Position numbers and translations under genes: made by a program. DNA of 63,844 nucleotides, filler included, from an uncultured Methanospirillum sp. (GTDB lineage: Archaea > Halobacteriota > Methanomicrobia > Methanomicrobiales > Methanospirillaceae): assembly GCA_964637135.1 (NCBI GenBank). It is 4 parts of 4 records of this genome, joined end to end, with 100 filler letters (N's around TTAATTAATTAA, not from the genome) between each part and the next. Parts side by side here need not be neighbours in the genome. Positions count along the whole stretch, not along the records: positions 41,511 to 58,887 come from CAZWTX010000039.1; positions 58,988 to 63,844 come from CAZWTX010000066.1; 2 more parts are not named here. One strand, given 5' to 3'. Below, piece by piece: positions 50,882 to 60,411 of the stretch (position 1 is the stretch's first letter; every line of letters begins with the position of its first letter). The notes beneath the pieces were generated by a model that was given only the letters and a program-made list of their open reading frames with translations, was not told the DNA's origin and did no database searches.

Positions 50882-52153
50882 ATGAATGAGATACCCGGTT
50901 CATCAGGACTGTTCGATAAATATATCTCTGAGAATCGGATTTTTAAAGATCGGGAAGTATTGCGCCATTCATATCGACCCCATATCCTTCCTCACCGTAA
51001 ACCTCAGATTGATCAGATTGCATCGATCCTTGCTCCTTCTATCCAGATGGAAACTCCCTCCAATATTCTTATTTACGGGAAAACCGGAACAGGGAAAACC
51101 GCCTCGGTCAGGTACATCGGGATGGAACTTGAACAGGTCAGCTCCCGGCGGGGAACCACCTGCCGGGTTATCCATCTGAACTGCGAGGTCATCGATACCC
51201 AGTACCGTGTCCTTGCGCAGATATCCAAGCTTATTCTGGGAGAAGACAGTTTTCCCAGTGATCGCACGAGGACTCACATCCCGATGACTGGCTGGCCGAC
51301 AGACCAGGTCTATCTTGAACTGAAAAACCAGCTTGATGCAGTCAATGGGGTTTTCATTATCATCCTTGACGAAATCGATAAACTTGTCAAGAAAAGCGGT
51401 GATGATACTCTGTACAACCTGACACGGATCAATACCGATCTTCTCAGATCAAAGGTCTCCATAATTGGCATCTCCAATGACCTTGCCTTTAAAACCTTCC
51501 TTGATCCACGGGTTCTCTCTTCCCTTTCTGAGGAAGAACTCGTTTTCCCCCCCTATAATGCCCCCCAGCTCTGTGACATCCTCACACAGCGTGCCCAGAT
51601 TGGGTTCGTGGAACTGGCACTTGATGAAGAGGTGATCCCCCTTTGTGCAGCACTTGCTGCACAGGAACATGGTGATGCCCGCAGAGCTCTTGATCTCCTC
51701 AGGATATCCGGAGAACTGGCAGATCGCGAGGGGTCTGAGCAGGTAACCATTGTTCACGTGAAGAAAGCCCAGGCAAAGATCGAGACCGACAGCATGGTTG
51801 AATGCATCAGAACCCTTCCCACCCAGAGTAAAGTGGTTCTCTACTGCATGCTTGTTCTAAACCGTGCCGGTCAGAAAATCTTTATTTCAGGGGATGTTAC
51901 CCGTATTTACAAGGAACTCACCCCGCTTCTGGATATTGACGTTCTGACAGCCAGAAGAATATCTGATCTTATATCTGAACTGAATATGCTCGGCGTCATC
52001 AATACCCGGCTCGTAAACCGCGGACGCCATGGACGGACCAAAGAGATGTGGTTTGATATAAATACCGACAAGATCTGGGAAGTGATCATGGAAGAGCCGG
52101 ACGGTCGTCTGGCACAAATCGACGAGAGAATCGTCGCGAAATTTATCAGGTGA
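50882..52153 (+). CDS. cdc6: Orc1/Cdc6 replication initiator
   Basis: YGKTGTGKT, ILDEIDKL, LDPRVLSSL, HGDARRALDLLR, wing GRHGRTK. Confidence 0.97.
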   Translation: MNEIPGSSGLFDKYISENRIFKDREVLRHSYRPHILPHRKPQIDQIASILAPSIQMETPSNILIYGKTGTGKTASVRYIGMELEQVSSRRGTTCRVIHLNCEVIDTQYRVLAQISKLILGEDSFPSDRTRTHIPMTGWPTDQVYLELKNQLDAVNGVFIIILDEIDKLVKKSGDDTLYNLTRINTDLLRSKVSIIGISNDLAFKTFLDPRVLSSLSEEELVFPPYNAPQLCDILTQRAQIGFVELALDEEVIPLCAALAAQEHGDARRALDLLRISGELADREGSEQVTIVHVKKAQAKIETDSMVECIRTLPTQSKVVLYCMLVLNRAGQKIFISGDVTRIYKELTPLLDIDVLTARRISDLISELNMLGVINTRLVNRGRHGRTKEMWFDINTDKIWEVIMEEPDGRLAQIDERIVAKFIR

Positions 52154-52650
52154 ACAGAATGGACGATATCGACAGAAACCTCCTCTCCCTTCTGGAAGAG
52201 GACTGTACCACACCGCTCAGGGATCTGGCGGTCATGCTGGAGTGTACTGAGGATGAGGTACAGAAACGGCGGGAAGAACTGGAACAACTTGGCATCATCC
52301 GCCGTTACTCGGCAGTAATAAACTGGGAGCAGGTCGATCTTGGAGCAGTGTATGCGATCATCGAACTGAAGGTCTCACCTGAACGGGAGTACGGATACGA
52401 CCGGATCGCTGAACGGATTGCACGGTTTACCCAGGTGCGTAATCTCCGCCTCCGCACCGGGACGCATGATCTTCAGCTCCTTGTCAAGGGAAAGAGCATG
52501 CAGGAGATTGCCCAGTTTGTCTCCGAGCATATTGCACCGATGGATCGGATTCGTGAGACGGCTACCCACATCATCATGAAGACATACAAGGAGAACGGGG
52601 TTATGTATGCCGAGCGGGAAGACGGCAAACGTCTTCCGTTCTCGTTCTGA
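52150..52650 (+). CDS. Lrp/AsnC family transcriptional regulator
   Basis: MDDIDRNLL, HTH, LEQLGIIRRY, RAM domain. Confidence 0.92.
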   Translation: MNRMDDIDRNLLSLLEEDCTTPLRDLAVMLECTEDEVQKRREELEQLGIIRRYSAVINWEQVDLGAVYAIIELKVSPEREYGYDRIAERIARFTQVRNLRLRTGTHDLQLLVKGKSMQEIAQFVSEHIAPMDRIRETATHIIMKTYKENGVMYAEREDGKRLPFSF

Positions 52651-52658
52651 GGTGAGAG

Positions 52659-53816
52659 ATGAGGGATTTTGTCTCAGAGCGGGCCAGGAGTATCCCGCCT
52701 TCAGGTATCAGGAGGTTCTTCGATCTCGCTGGAAAGATGGAGGATGTCATCTCCCTCGGTGTCGGTGAGCCTGATTATTCCACCCCGTGGCATATCTGCG
52801 ATGCCGCGATCACCTCGATCGAACAGGGATGCACCGCATACACATCAAACACCGGGATTGAGTCGCTCAGATGTGAGCTCTCCCGGTTTCTTTCGGCACG
52901 GTACGGGATCGGATACGATCCCCTCTCCGAGATGATCATCACCACCGGTGTATCAGAGGCCCTTGATATCGCGATTCGCGCCGTAATCAATCCGGGCGAC
53001 GAGGCCCTGATCATCGATCCGATCTATGTTTCATACGGTCCCTGTGTCACCATGGCCGGCGGGGTCCCGGTCTTCATCCCCTGCAGCGAGAAAGACCACT
53101 TCAGGCTCACTGCCGATGCCCTCATGGAGAAGATCACCGACAAGTCAAAGGTACTTATCCTGAACTTCCCAAACAATCCCTCCGGGGCAGTGATGCGGCG
53201 CGAGCACCTGAAAGAGATCGCTGATGTCGTCATCGATCATGACCTGCTCATCCTCTCTGACGAGGTGTATGCAGAGCTCACCTACGAGGGAAAACATTGT
53301 GCGACGGCATCGATCGATGGTCTCAGGGAACGGACGATCACCCTATCGGGATTTTCCAAGGCATTTGCGATGACCGGATGGCGTCTCGGGTATCTCTGTG
53401 CCCCGAAGGAACTTACGGCAGCGGCTCTTAAGATCCACCAGTACGTCATGCTCTCGGCCCCGACGATGAGCCAGTACGGGGCACTGGAGGCTCTCCGGCA
53501 TGGCGAGGAGGCAATGCTCTCCATGGTCAGGGAGTATCATCGCCGCCGGAATCTCTTCGTCGACGGGCTTAACCGGATCGGTCTCTCCTGTCATGTTCCC
53601 GAGGGGGCATTCTATGCTTTCCCGTCGGTCGCTTCAACCGGTCTCTCAGACGTGGAGTTTGCCGAGCGGCTTATCACCGAGGCAGGGGTGGCAGCCGTAC
53701 CGGGGAGCGTCTTTGGTACCGGTGGTATAGACCACATCAGGTGTGCATATGCCGTTTCACGGGAAGATCTCTCCGAAGCTGTCCGGAGAATGGGCGATTT
53801 CCTGGATTCACTCTGA
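52659..53816 (+). CDS. Class I/II PLP aminotransferase
   Basis: SLGVGEPD, PNNPSG, SDEVY, GFSKAFAMTGWRLG. Confidence 0.94.
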   Translation: MRDFVSERARSIPPSGIRRFFDLAGKMEDVISLGVGEPDYSTPWHICDAAITSIEQGCTAYTSNTGIESLRCELSRFLSARYGIGYDPLSEMIITTGVSEALDIAIRAVINPGDEALIIDPIYVSYGPCVTMAGGVPVFIPCSEKDHFRLTADALMEKITDKSKVLILNFPNNPSGAVMRREHLKEIADVVIDHDLLILSDEVYAELTYEGKHCATASIDGLRERTITLSGFSKAFAMTGWRLGYLCAPKELTAAALKIHQYVMLSAPTMSQYGALEALRHGEEAMLSMVREYHRRRNLFVDGLNRIGLSCHVPEGAFYAFPSVASTGLSDVEFAERLITEAGVAAVPGSVFGTGGIDHIRCAYAVSREDLSEAVRRMGDFLDSL

Positions 53817-53912
53817 GGGTGGCCTGTCGCAATAGTATCTGTCAGCAAGCTAGGGTTCTGGTCGGGTACTGGCATATGTTTATCTGATTTCCCTGCCTAG
53901 GTTACAGGTTGG

Positions 53913-54926
53913 ATGAGTTGTACCATAATCGTGGGAGGAAATTTTGGTGACGAAGGAAAAGGGAAGATAGTATCCCACGTCGCTCACCAGGACAAGCCCA
54001 CTATCATCAGCCGCGGGGGGGTCGGACCGAATGCCGGACATACCGTGATGGTCGGCGATAAGAAGTTCGGGGTCAGGATGTGTCCATCCGGGTTTGTCTA
54101 CCCTGATGCACGACTCATGATCGGAACCGGGGTTCTCGTAGATCCACGCGTATTAAAGCATGAAATCGATGTTCTCGGTGTTGAGGGGAGAATATTCATT
54201 GATACCCGCTGTGCCATCATCGAGGAGAGCCATATCCAGGAAGACAAGAGCAACAGCCATCTTGCCAAGAAAGTCGGGTCGACCGGAACGGGATGTGGTC
54301 CGGCAAACCGGGACCGCGCCATGCGGACTGCCCGGCTGGCCCGTGATATTCCCGAGCTCAGACCGTACCTCGTCGATGTCCCGGTTGAGGTTAACGGCGC
54401 ACTTGACCGGGGGGAAACCGTGGTCCTCGAAGGAACCCAGGGCTTTGGTATCTCCCTGTACTACGGGCATTATCCCTTTGTAACAAGCAAAGACACCTGT
54501 GCAGCCCAGATGGCCGCAGACAATGGTGTCGGACCGACGCGGATTGATGACGTCATTGTCGTCTTCAAGGCATATCCGACACGAGTCGGTGAGGGGCCGT
54601 TTTCCACCGAGATGAGCAGCGCAGCAGCCCACGATCTCGGCATCCAGGAATTCGGTACCGTTACCGGCAGAGAACGGAGAATCGGGAACTGGGATGGGGA
54701 GATGGCCCGGTATGCTGCCATGATCAACGGATGTACCCAGGCGGCGATCACCGGGATTGATCACGTGGATCCCTCCTGTTTTGGTGCTACCCGGTATGAT
54801 CAGCTCTCGAAGAAGGCGAAGGACTTCCTGAAACAGGCAGAGGATGACATCGGTGCCCCGGTAACCCTGATCTCAACCGGACCGGAGCTGAGCCAGATCA
54901 TCGATATCAGGAAGGAATACGAATAG
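53913..54926 (+). CDS. purA: Adenylosuccinate synthetase (short archaeal type)
   Basis: GDEGKGK, GPNAGHT, EGTQG, YPTRVGEGP, GTVTGRERR. Confidence 0.96.
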   Translation: MSCTIIVGGNFGDEGKGKIVSHVAHQDKPTIISRGGVGPNAGHTVMVGDKKFGVRMCPSGFVYPDARLMIGTGVLVDPRVLKHEIDVLGVEGRIFIDTRCAIIEESHIQEDKSNSHLAKKVGSTGTGCGPANRDRAMRTARLARDIPELRPYLVDVPVEVNGALDRGETVVLEGTQGFGISLYYGHYPFVTSKDTCAAQMAADNGVGPTRIDDVIVVFKAYPTRVGEGPFSTEMSSAAAHDLGIQEFGTVTGRERRIGNWDGEMARYAAMINGCTQAAITGIDHVDPSCFGATRYDQLSKKAKDFLKQAEDDIGAPVTLISTGPELSQIIDIRKEYE

Positions 54927-54934
54927 GAGTACGA

Positions 54935-55111
54935 ATGAAGCGCGAGCTCTACGATATTCTCTGCTGCCCGGTATGCAAGGGCGATCTCGAACTGGTGGTG
55001 ACCGAGGAGAACGAGGTCGAGATCATGACCGGCTCCCTCATCTGCCATGCCTGCAGCGTCACCTACCCGATAGAGGAAGGTATCCCGAACCTCCTTCCCC
55101 AGAACGTCTGA
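54935..55111 (+). CDS. trm112: Trm112 family methyltransferase activator (58 aa)
   Basis: Not in the track. MKRELYDILCCPVCKGDL...LICHACSVTYPIEEGIPNLLP. Confidence 0.9.
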   Translation: MKRELYDILCCPVCKGDLELVVTEENEVEIMTGSLICHACSVTYPIEEGIPNLLPQNV

Positions 55112-55123
55112 TCCCGGGATCCC

Positions 55124-56035
55124 ATGATCCTCCCCGGTGTTGTACTGATCCTCTCGTTCGGGGTAGACCGGGTATTCGGGGATCCTCACACACCCCTGCA
55201 CCCGGTTGCGCTCGTTGGCCGGTTCATCGCCTGGTGGGGACGGCCCTGCCTGTACCCGAACCGGTACCAGCGCCTTATCGGTGTTCTCTTCTGGGGGGTG
55301 ACAGCAGTCCTGTTTACCCTCCCGTTTCTTCTCTTCTCATGGTTCGCACCCTGGTACGTCTGGATTATCGGTGCCCCCTTCCTTCTGAAAAGTTGTTTTG
55401 CCCTCCGGTCGCTTGAGGAACATGCGTTTGCAGTCGCAGACGCCATGGATCCGACCACCGGACGGAAACAGGCAGGAATGCTCGTCTCGCGGAACGTGGC
55501 CGACCTTACCGACGAACAGGTTCTCTCGGCAGCATACGAATCGGTGGCAGAAAACCTGAACGATAGCATTATCGCCCCGGTTTTTTACTATGTTCTCTTC
55601 GGACTTCCCGGTGCGGCGTTGTACCGGGCGGTTAACACGATGGATGCGATGCTCGGGTACCGGGATGAGCGGGTCAGACTCGGCTGGTGTGCGGCGAGGA
55701 TGGATGACATCCTCTCATACATCCCGGCGCGGATATCAGGATTGCTTCTTCTTGTCAGGTATGCCTGGTCAGGCCGGCTTGGCCCGGCAGTCAGGATACT
55801 GAAGCGGGATCGAAGAAGACGGCCCGGTTATAACGGAGGGATCCCGATGTCCCTGATCGCGGGGGGGGAGGGTGTCCGGTTTGAGAAGCCGGGAGCATAC
55901 CGGATCGGCGATCCCGAGCGGGAACTCCGGAATGCTGGCCCGGATATCATCCGTACCCTCAGAATCGTCTCGGTTCTGATGGTCATTTCTGCCGCTTTCG
56001 CACTAATTTTATTCTCCCTCATATCCAACATATAA
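55124..56035 (+). CDS. cbiB: Adenosylcobinamide-phosphate synthase CbiB/CobD
   Basis: GDP...HPV, LVSR, ESVAENLND, YRAVNTMDAMLGY, ARMDDIL..IPAR. Confidence 0.93.
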   Translation: MILPGVVLILSFGVDRVFGDPHTPLHPVALVGRFIAWWGRPCLYPNRYQRLIGVLFWGVTAVLFTLPFLLFSWFAPWYVWIIGAPFLLKSCFALRSLEEHAFAVADAMDPTTGRKQAGMLVSRNVADLTDEQVLSAAYESVAENLNDSIIAPVFYYVLFGLPGAALYRAVNTMDAMLGYRDERVRLGWCAARMDDILSYIPARISGLLLLVRYAWSGRLGPAVRILKRDRRRRPGYNGGIPMSLIAGGEGVRFEKPGAYRIGDPERELRNAGPDIIRTLRIVSVLMVISAAFALILFSLISNI

Positions 56036-56038
56036 GGA

Positions 56039-56935
56039 ATGAAACTCGAAGAGCTTCGGTTCGGCACTGAACTGATCAAACGCGGATTTGCCTCCATGCA
56101 GAAGGGTGGCGTGATCATGGATGTGGTCAATGCCGAGCAGGCCCGTATTGCGGAGGAAGCCGGTGCTGTAGCGGTGATGGCCCTTGAGCGGGTTCCGGCT
56201 GATATCCGTGCGGCCGGCGGGGTTGCCAGGATGGCAGACCCGAAGAAGATCATCGAGATTATGGACGCCGTTTCCATCCCGGTGATGGCAAAAGCCAGGA
56301 TCGGTCACTTTGTCGAAGCACAAATCCTGGAATCGCTTGGTGTCGACATGATCGATGAATCAGAGGTGCTCACCCCTGCAGACGAGGAATACCATATCTT
56401 CAAGGGTAATTTCACGGTTCCGTTCGTATGCGGGGCACGGAATCTCGGGGAAGCACTCCGCCGGATAAACGAAGGTGCTGCGATGATCCGGACGAAAGGA
56501 GAAGCGGGAACCGGAAACGTAGTTGAGGCGGTCAGGCACATGCGGGCGATCATGGGTGAGATCCGCCAGCTCAAAGGAATGGACGAGATAGAACTGGTCA
56601 GGCGGGCACGCCAGATCGAGGCACCTGCCGAACTCGTCATTGAGACTGCAGGGCGCCAGCGGCTCCCGGTGGTGAACTTCTCTGCCGGTGGGATCGCCAC
56701 TCCCGCGGATGCCGCTCTCATGATGCAGCTTGGGAGCGACGGCGTCTTTGTCGGGTCAGGGATCTTCAAGTCGCAAAACCCTGAGCTGATGGCAAAAGCG
56801 ATCGTCGAGGCGGTCAATCATTTCGATGATCCAAAGGTCATCGCTGAGGTCTCGAAAGGCCTCGGAGATGCGATGCGTGGACTTGACATCCACGCCCTGC
56901 CACCTGAAGAGGTGCTCCAGACCCGTGGATGGTAG
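56039..56935 (+). CDS. pdxS: PLP synthase subunit PdxS
   Basis: [39 protein letters not shown]. Confidence 0.97.
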   Translation: MKLEELRFGTELIKRGFASMQKGGVIMDVVNAEQARIAEEAGAVAVMALERVPADIRAAGGVARMADPKKIIEIMDAVSIPVMAKARIGHFVEAQILESLGVDMIDESEVLTPADEEYHIFKGNFTVPFVCGARNLGEALRRINEGAAMIRTKGEAGTGNVVEAVRHMRAIMGEIRQLKGMDEIELVRRARQIEAPAELVIETAGRQRLPVVNFSAGGIATPADAALMMQLGSDGVFVGSGIFKSQNPELMAKAIVEAVNHFDDPKVIAEVSKGLGDAMRGLDIHALPPEEVLQTRGW

Positions 56936-57506
56936 GATCGGTGTCCTTGCCCTCCAGGGCGATGTGAGTGAACACATCGATGCCTTTGCCAGGGCAGGCG
57001 ATCTCATGGGGAAGACCTATGAGGTCATCCCGGTCAGGAGTAGTGCCCAGCTTGACGGGTGCACCGCTCTTGCCATTCCCGGCGGGGAATCAACGACCAT
57101 CGTCAGGCTTATCGATAAAAACGGAATGCGAGAGGCGATAACCGCGTTCCAGGGAGGAATCTTTGCCACCTGTGCCGGGATGGTTGTCACTGCCGCATCA
57201 ATCCCGGGGGAGAACCGGTTTATCCCGCTCGGGATCGCCGATACCGAAGTGAACAGGAATGCCTTCGGACGGCAACGGGAATCATTCGAGGCAGATATCA
57301 TGATAGACGGTCTCAGTGAGCCGTTTCACGCGATATTTATCCGGGCCCCGGTCATCACCCGTGCCGGACCGGGTGTCGGGATCCTGGCATCCGTCTCCGA
57401 GGGAATCATTGCCGCGAGGTCGGGCAGGCACCTGATTCTCTCGTTTCACCCGGAGATCGGTGGCGATCTCCGTCTACACACCCTCTTTCTCTCCGCCTTC
57501 TCCTGA
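56925..57506 (+). CDS. pdxT: PLP synthase glutaminase PdxT
   Basis: GVLALQG, PGGEST, TCAG, RNAFGRQ, FHPE; GTG start. Confidence 0.95.
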   Translation: MDGRIGVLALQGDVSEHIDAFARAGDLMGKTYEVIPVRSSAQLDGCTALAIPGGESTTIVRLIDKNGMREAITAFQGGIFATCAGMVVTAASIPGENRFIPLGIADTEVNRNAFGRQRESFEADIMIDGLSEPFHAIFIRAPVITRAGPGVGILASVSEGIIAARSGRHLILSFHPEIGGDLRLHTLFLSAFS

Positions 57507-57513
57507 GGGGAGG

Positions 57514-58887
57514 TTATGCACCGGTATCCCCGGTAGTGCGGTACCTTCCGGCCGGGATGGTGATCTCGAACCTGACTCCCTCGCCGGGAGTTCCGTTCTC
57601 GCTGATCGCAAGATTGGTGATGGCAAGGATCTCCCGTGCCAGAAAGAGCCCGAAACCATCTGTTTTGCCAAAGTCCCATTCGAATACAGCCTCTTTCTGG
57701 TCATCGGGGATTCCTCCCCCGTCATCCTCATACCGGATCACGAGGATGTTTCCGTCTTCATTCGATGAGAACCTGATGAACGTGGGCTCTTTCCCGTGTC
57801 TGGCTGTATTTCCGATGAGGTGCATGAATACCGTGCTGATCATCGGGTCAGAGAAGACTTCGTACTGGTCCGGGATATCGACACTGACCGGGATATCTGA
57901 GGGCGAAGCCTCCAGCCCATCCCTGATAACCTTCGTGACAGGTGACCATCCGGCTTTTGAAAGCCCGATATCCTGGTATGCCCCGGTGAATTCCATCTTC
58001 TGCCTGATGTCCTGGATGAGAACAGAGAGCCTCCAGAGATGGGATCTGACTTCACCGGGATCTTCTTCTGTATCGATGAGATCGAGATATCTCCGGCAGG
58101 CGGCGATCTTGTTGAGGATATCATGCCTGGTCATCCCGGAGAGGATGTTCAGCTTCCGGTTTGTGAGAACCAGAGCCTCCTCGGCCATCTTCCGGGAGGT
58201 AATATCCCTGCTGATGGCGATATACGAGGATGGTGTACTCCGGGCTCCTTTCCGGGCAACCGAGAGGTCAAACCACCGGGAGCCGTCCGGAGTATGGCAT
58301 TCGTAGACAGCACCAAAGAAGCTCCCCTTCTCACGTGCGGCTGTAATAGAAGAGTCGAAAACAGCGGCCGCAGCAGGGGAGAGGAGATCCTGGATCCTCT
58401 TTCCGATCATCCCGTCAGGCAGGCCAAGGAGACCAGATGGATCGTGGCACCTGAGATCATGAACCGTTCCGTCCTCCCCGAGTTCAAGAAGGAGATCAGG
58501 GATGGCATCCAGGGTTGCCTCAAGTTCTCCCCTGATCTCGGAGAGATCCTGCATGATCTTCACCCGGTCGCTGATATCAAGGAGCGAGACAAGAATCTCG
58601 GTAGTTTCGGGGATGATCCCGAAGAGGACGGCGACAAACCGGATGGCCCCGTCTGTTGTGACAAGCTGCATCTCATCTGATACCGCCCTGATATCTCCGC
58701 CGGCAAGACGCTCCAGGTGTCCCTGTATCCGTGCCTTGTCACCTGAGGAGATGACTGACAGGAATGGAACAGAACCCCCGGCCATCTCCGGCCGGCACCC
58801 TGATAACCGTTCGAACGCATTGTTCATCCGGATGATGAGAAGATCCTGATCCAGGATCACCGAGGCTTCCCCGGTATATTCGAATAT
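57514..58887 (-). CDS. PAS-domain sensor histidine kinase, 5'-truncated by contig end
   Basis: Two PAS domains, TRHDILN H-box, DDGGGI, GFGLFLAREIL, GVRFEI. Confidence 0.9.
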   Translation of the reverse strand: MFEYTGEASVILDQDLLIIRMNNAFERLSGCRPEMAGGSVPFLSVISSGDKARIQGHLERLAGGDIRAVSDEMQLVTTDGAIRFVAVLFGIIPETTEILVSLLDISDRVKIMQDLSEIRGELEATLDAIPDLLLELGEDGTVHDLRCHDPSGLLGLPDGMIGKRIQDLLSPAAAAVFDSSITAAREKGSFFGAVYECHTPDGSRWFDLSVARKGARSTPSSYIAISRDITSRKMAEEALVLTNRKLNILSGMTRHDILNKIAACRRYLDLIDTEEDPGEVRSHLWRLSVLIQDIRQKMEFTGAYQDIGLSKAGWSPVTKVIRDGLEASPSDIPVSVDIPDQYEVFSDPMISTVFMHLIGNTARHGKEPTFIRFSSNEDGNILVIRYEDDGGGIPDDQKEAVFEWDFGKTDGFGLFLAREILAITNLAISENGTPGEGVRFEITIPAGRYRTTGDTGA

Positions 58888-58987
58888 NNNNNNNNNNNNN
58901 NNNNNNNNNNNNNNNNNNNNNNNNNNNNNNNTTAATTAATTAANNNNNNNNNNNNNNNNNNNNNNNNNNNNNNNNNNNNNNNNNNNN
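58888..58987. other. Artificial contig linker
   Basis: N44-TTAATTAATTAA-N44. Confidence 0.98.
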
Positions 58988-59155
58988 ATTGATGGCGCTG
59001 GTGCCGGTCTCATCCATCATATGATGCAGGTGGTCACCGGGGGTTTTCATGTGACCGATCAATGCCTCAAGGTCCTTCTGGATGTGTTCGATATCATCAT
59101 GGACGTGATGTAATTCGTCCTTCATATGCTGGATCAGATCGTTCTTCTCGTTCAT
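58988..59155 (-). CDS. Small His-rich helical protein, 3'-truncated
   Basis: GGTGA RBS then MNEKNDLIQHMKDELHHVHDDIEHIQKDL...HLHHMMD; runs into the linker. Confidence 0.55.
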
Positions 59156-59310
59156 GGTTTTCACCGGAGGGACACCCTCCGCATCTATGTCTCTCATGTT
59201 CGGTCGTGTTGAGATCACGCCGAGAAAAGTTCATGCAAGCAGGTTACCGGTATCCTGTATTATCAGTTCATTCAGGTAAAACCGAACCCCGCGGAAAAAA
59301 AGGAAGGTGA

Positions 59311-60141
59311 TCAGAGCATAAGCCCGGACTGGTATGCAAAAGTCTTCTGGAAATTCCTGATACCCCCGGTCACTTCAGTCTTGTCAGACCATGCGTTGTC
59401 GGCTGCAGTCAGGTTCCAATCGGCCGCATCTGCACCACCGTTGCGGGCCTCAAGGACATGGCCGGCGAACTCGGTAGCAATAGTTGCTTCTGCAAATCCG
59501 CTGTCTGAGTTGGCATCCGGTGTCACGGCGATCAGATAATTCATGGCTGCCGGAGTATCGGCTGACTCAGCCACTGCCCTGATTTGGGCTTTCGTTGAAA
59601 CCTGTGCGCTGTTCACATTCACGAGGCTGGATTTTGCCCTGACAATATTGCAGAATGCCGGGATGAACTCGCTTTCTGCCGAAGCAAAGACGCAACGGAT
59701 TTCCTCCCCTGTTTCGGTGAAATTACCGGCCACATCGAGGATGGCATACTCTTCACCGGTCAGGTGGGCACCGTCGGTGCTGGCATACGTCAGGACCTTC
59801 TCAGCTTCCACATTGAACAGGCCATCTGCCTTGTCCTGCGAATCGAAATCAAAATTTTTGTTCTCAGTTACTTTTCCCCCGTTGGTAAGAACGCTGTCTA
59901 CGTAACTAACCGCAGAGATGGTCTGGCTTTCACCCAGTATTCCTTCCGGGATGGAACCCGGACTGGCGATGAGCCAGTTCATCGTGGTAGTATCATCGAC
60001 GGTACCGGTGACATCAATAATTGTATCAATGGTGAATACCTGGTTCTCCGGGGTCTGGTTCGGTAAACGGTCTCCGTGGACTGCTCCGGTTGCGAGAACC
60101 AGGGCGAGTGCCAGGAGAGAAAAAAACCATATATGGTTCAT
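59311..60141 (-). CDS. Secreted acidic, beta-rich protein; possible Methanospirillum sheath (MspA-like) family paralog
   Basis: Signal peptide, DRLPNQTPENQ start, CVFA...PAFCNIV cysteine pair, C-terminal FQKTFAYQSG; family call from memory only. Confidence 0.5.
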   Translation of the reverse strand: MNHIWFFSLLALALVLATGAVHGDRLPNQTPENQVFTIDTIIDVTGTVDDTTTMNWLIASPGSIPEGILGESQTISAVSYVDSVLTNGGKVTENKNFDFDSQDKADGLFNVEAEKVLTYASTDGAHLTGEEYAILDVAGNFTETGEEIRCVFASAESEFIPAFCNIVRAKSSLVNVNSAQVSTKAQIRAVAESADTPAAMNYLIAVTPDANSDSGFAEATIATEFAGHVLEARNGGADAADWNLTAADNAWSDKTEVTGGIRNFQKTFAYQSGLML

Positions 60142-60411
60142 ATGTCCTCCGTATTCTGACGGTTTCTCCCCCGCATCCGGTGAAGTATACCGTCATCCGT
60201 TCACGGTCTCATGTTTGGCTGTGAATAAAGGATCCCGAAGTTTTTTCCCTGGAAAGGAACATGTTCCGGATCGGTACAGCATCCGCACCCCCCTCATGTC
60301 CTGATCCTTCCAGGATACCGGAGTCCGAACGTTGAGGGTGTTCGGATTATTCGGAAAACACCGGCTATTTTGTACCCTGATAATCTCTCCCGAATTCCCA
60401 ATCATACGCCA

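Noticed and set aside
54973..55416. 147-aa ORF between purA and cbiB
   Set aside because: Off-frame overlap of trm112 and cbiB
57536..58306. 256-aa plus-strand ORF
   Set aside because: Antisense shadow of the histidine kinase
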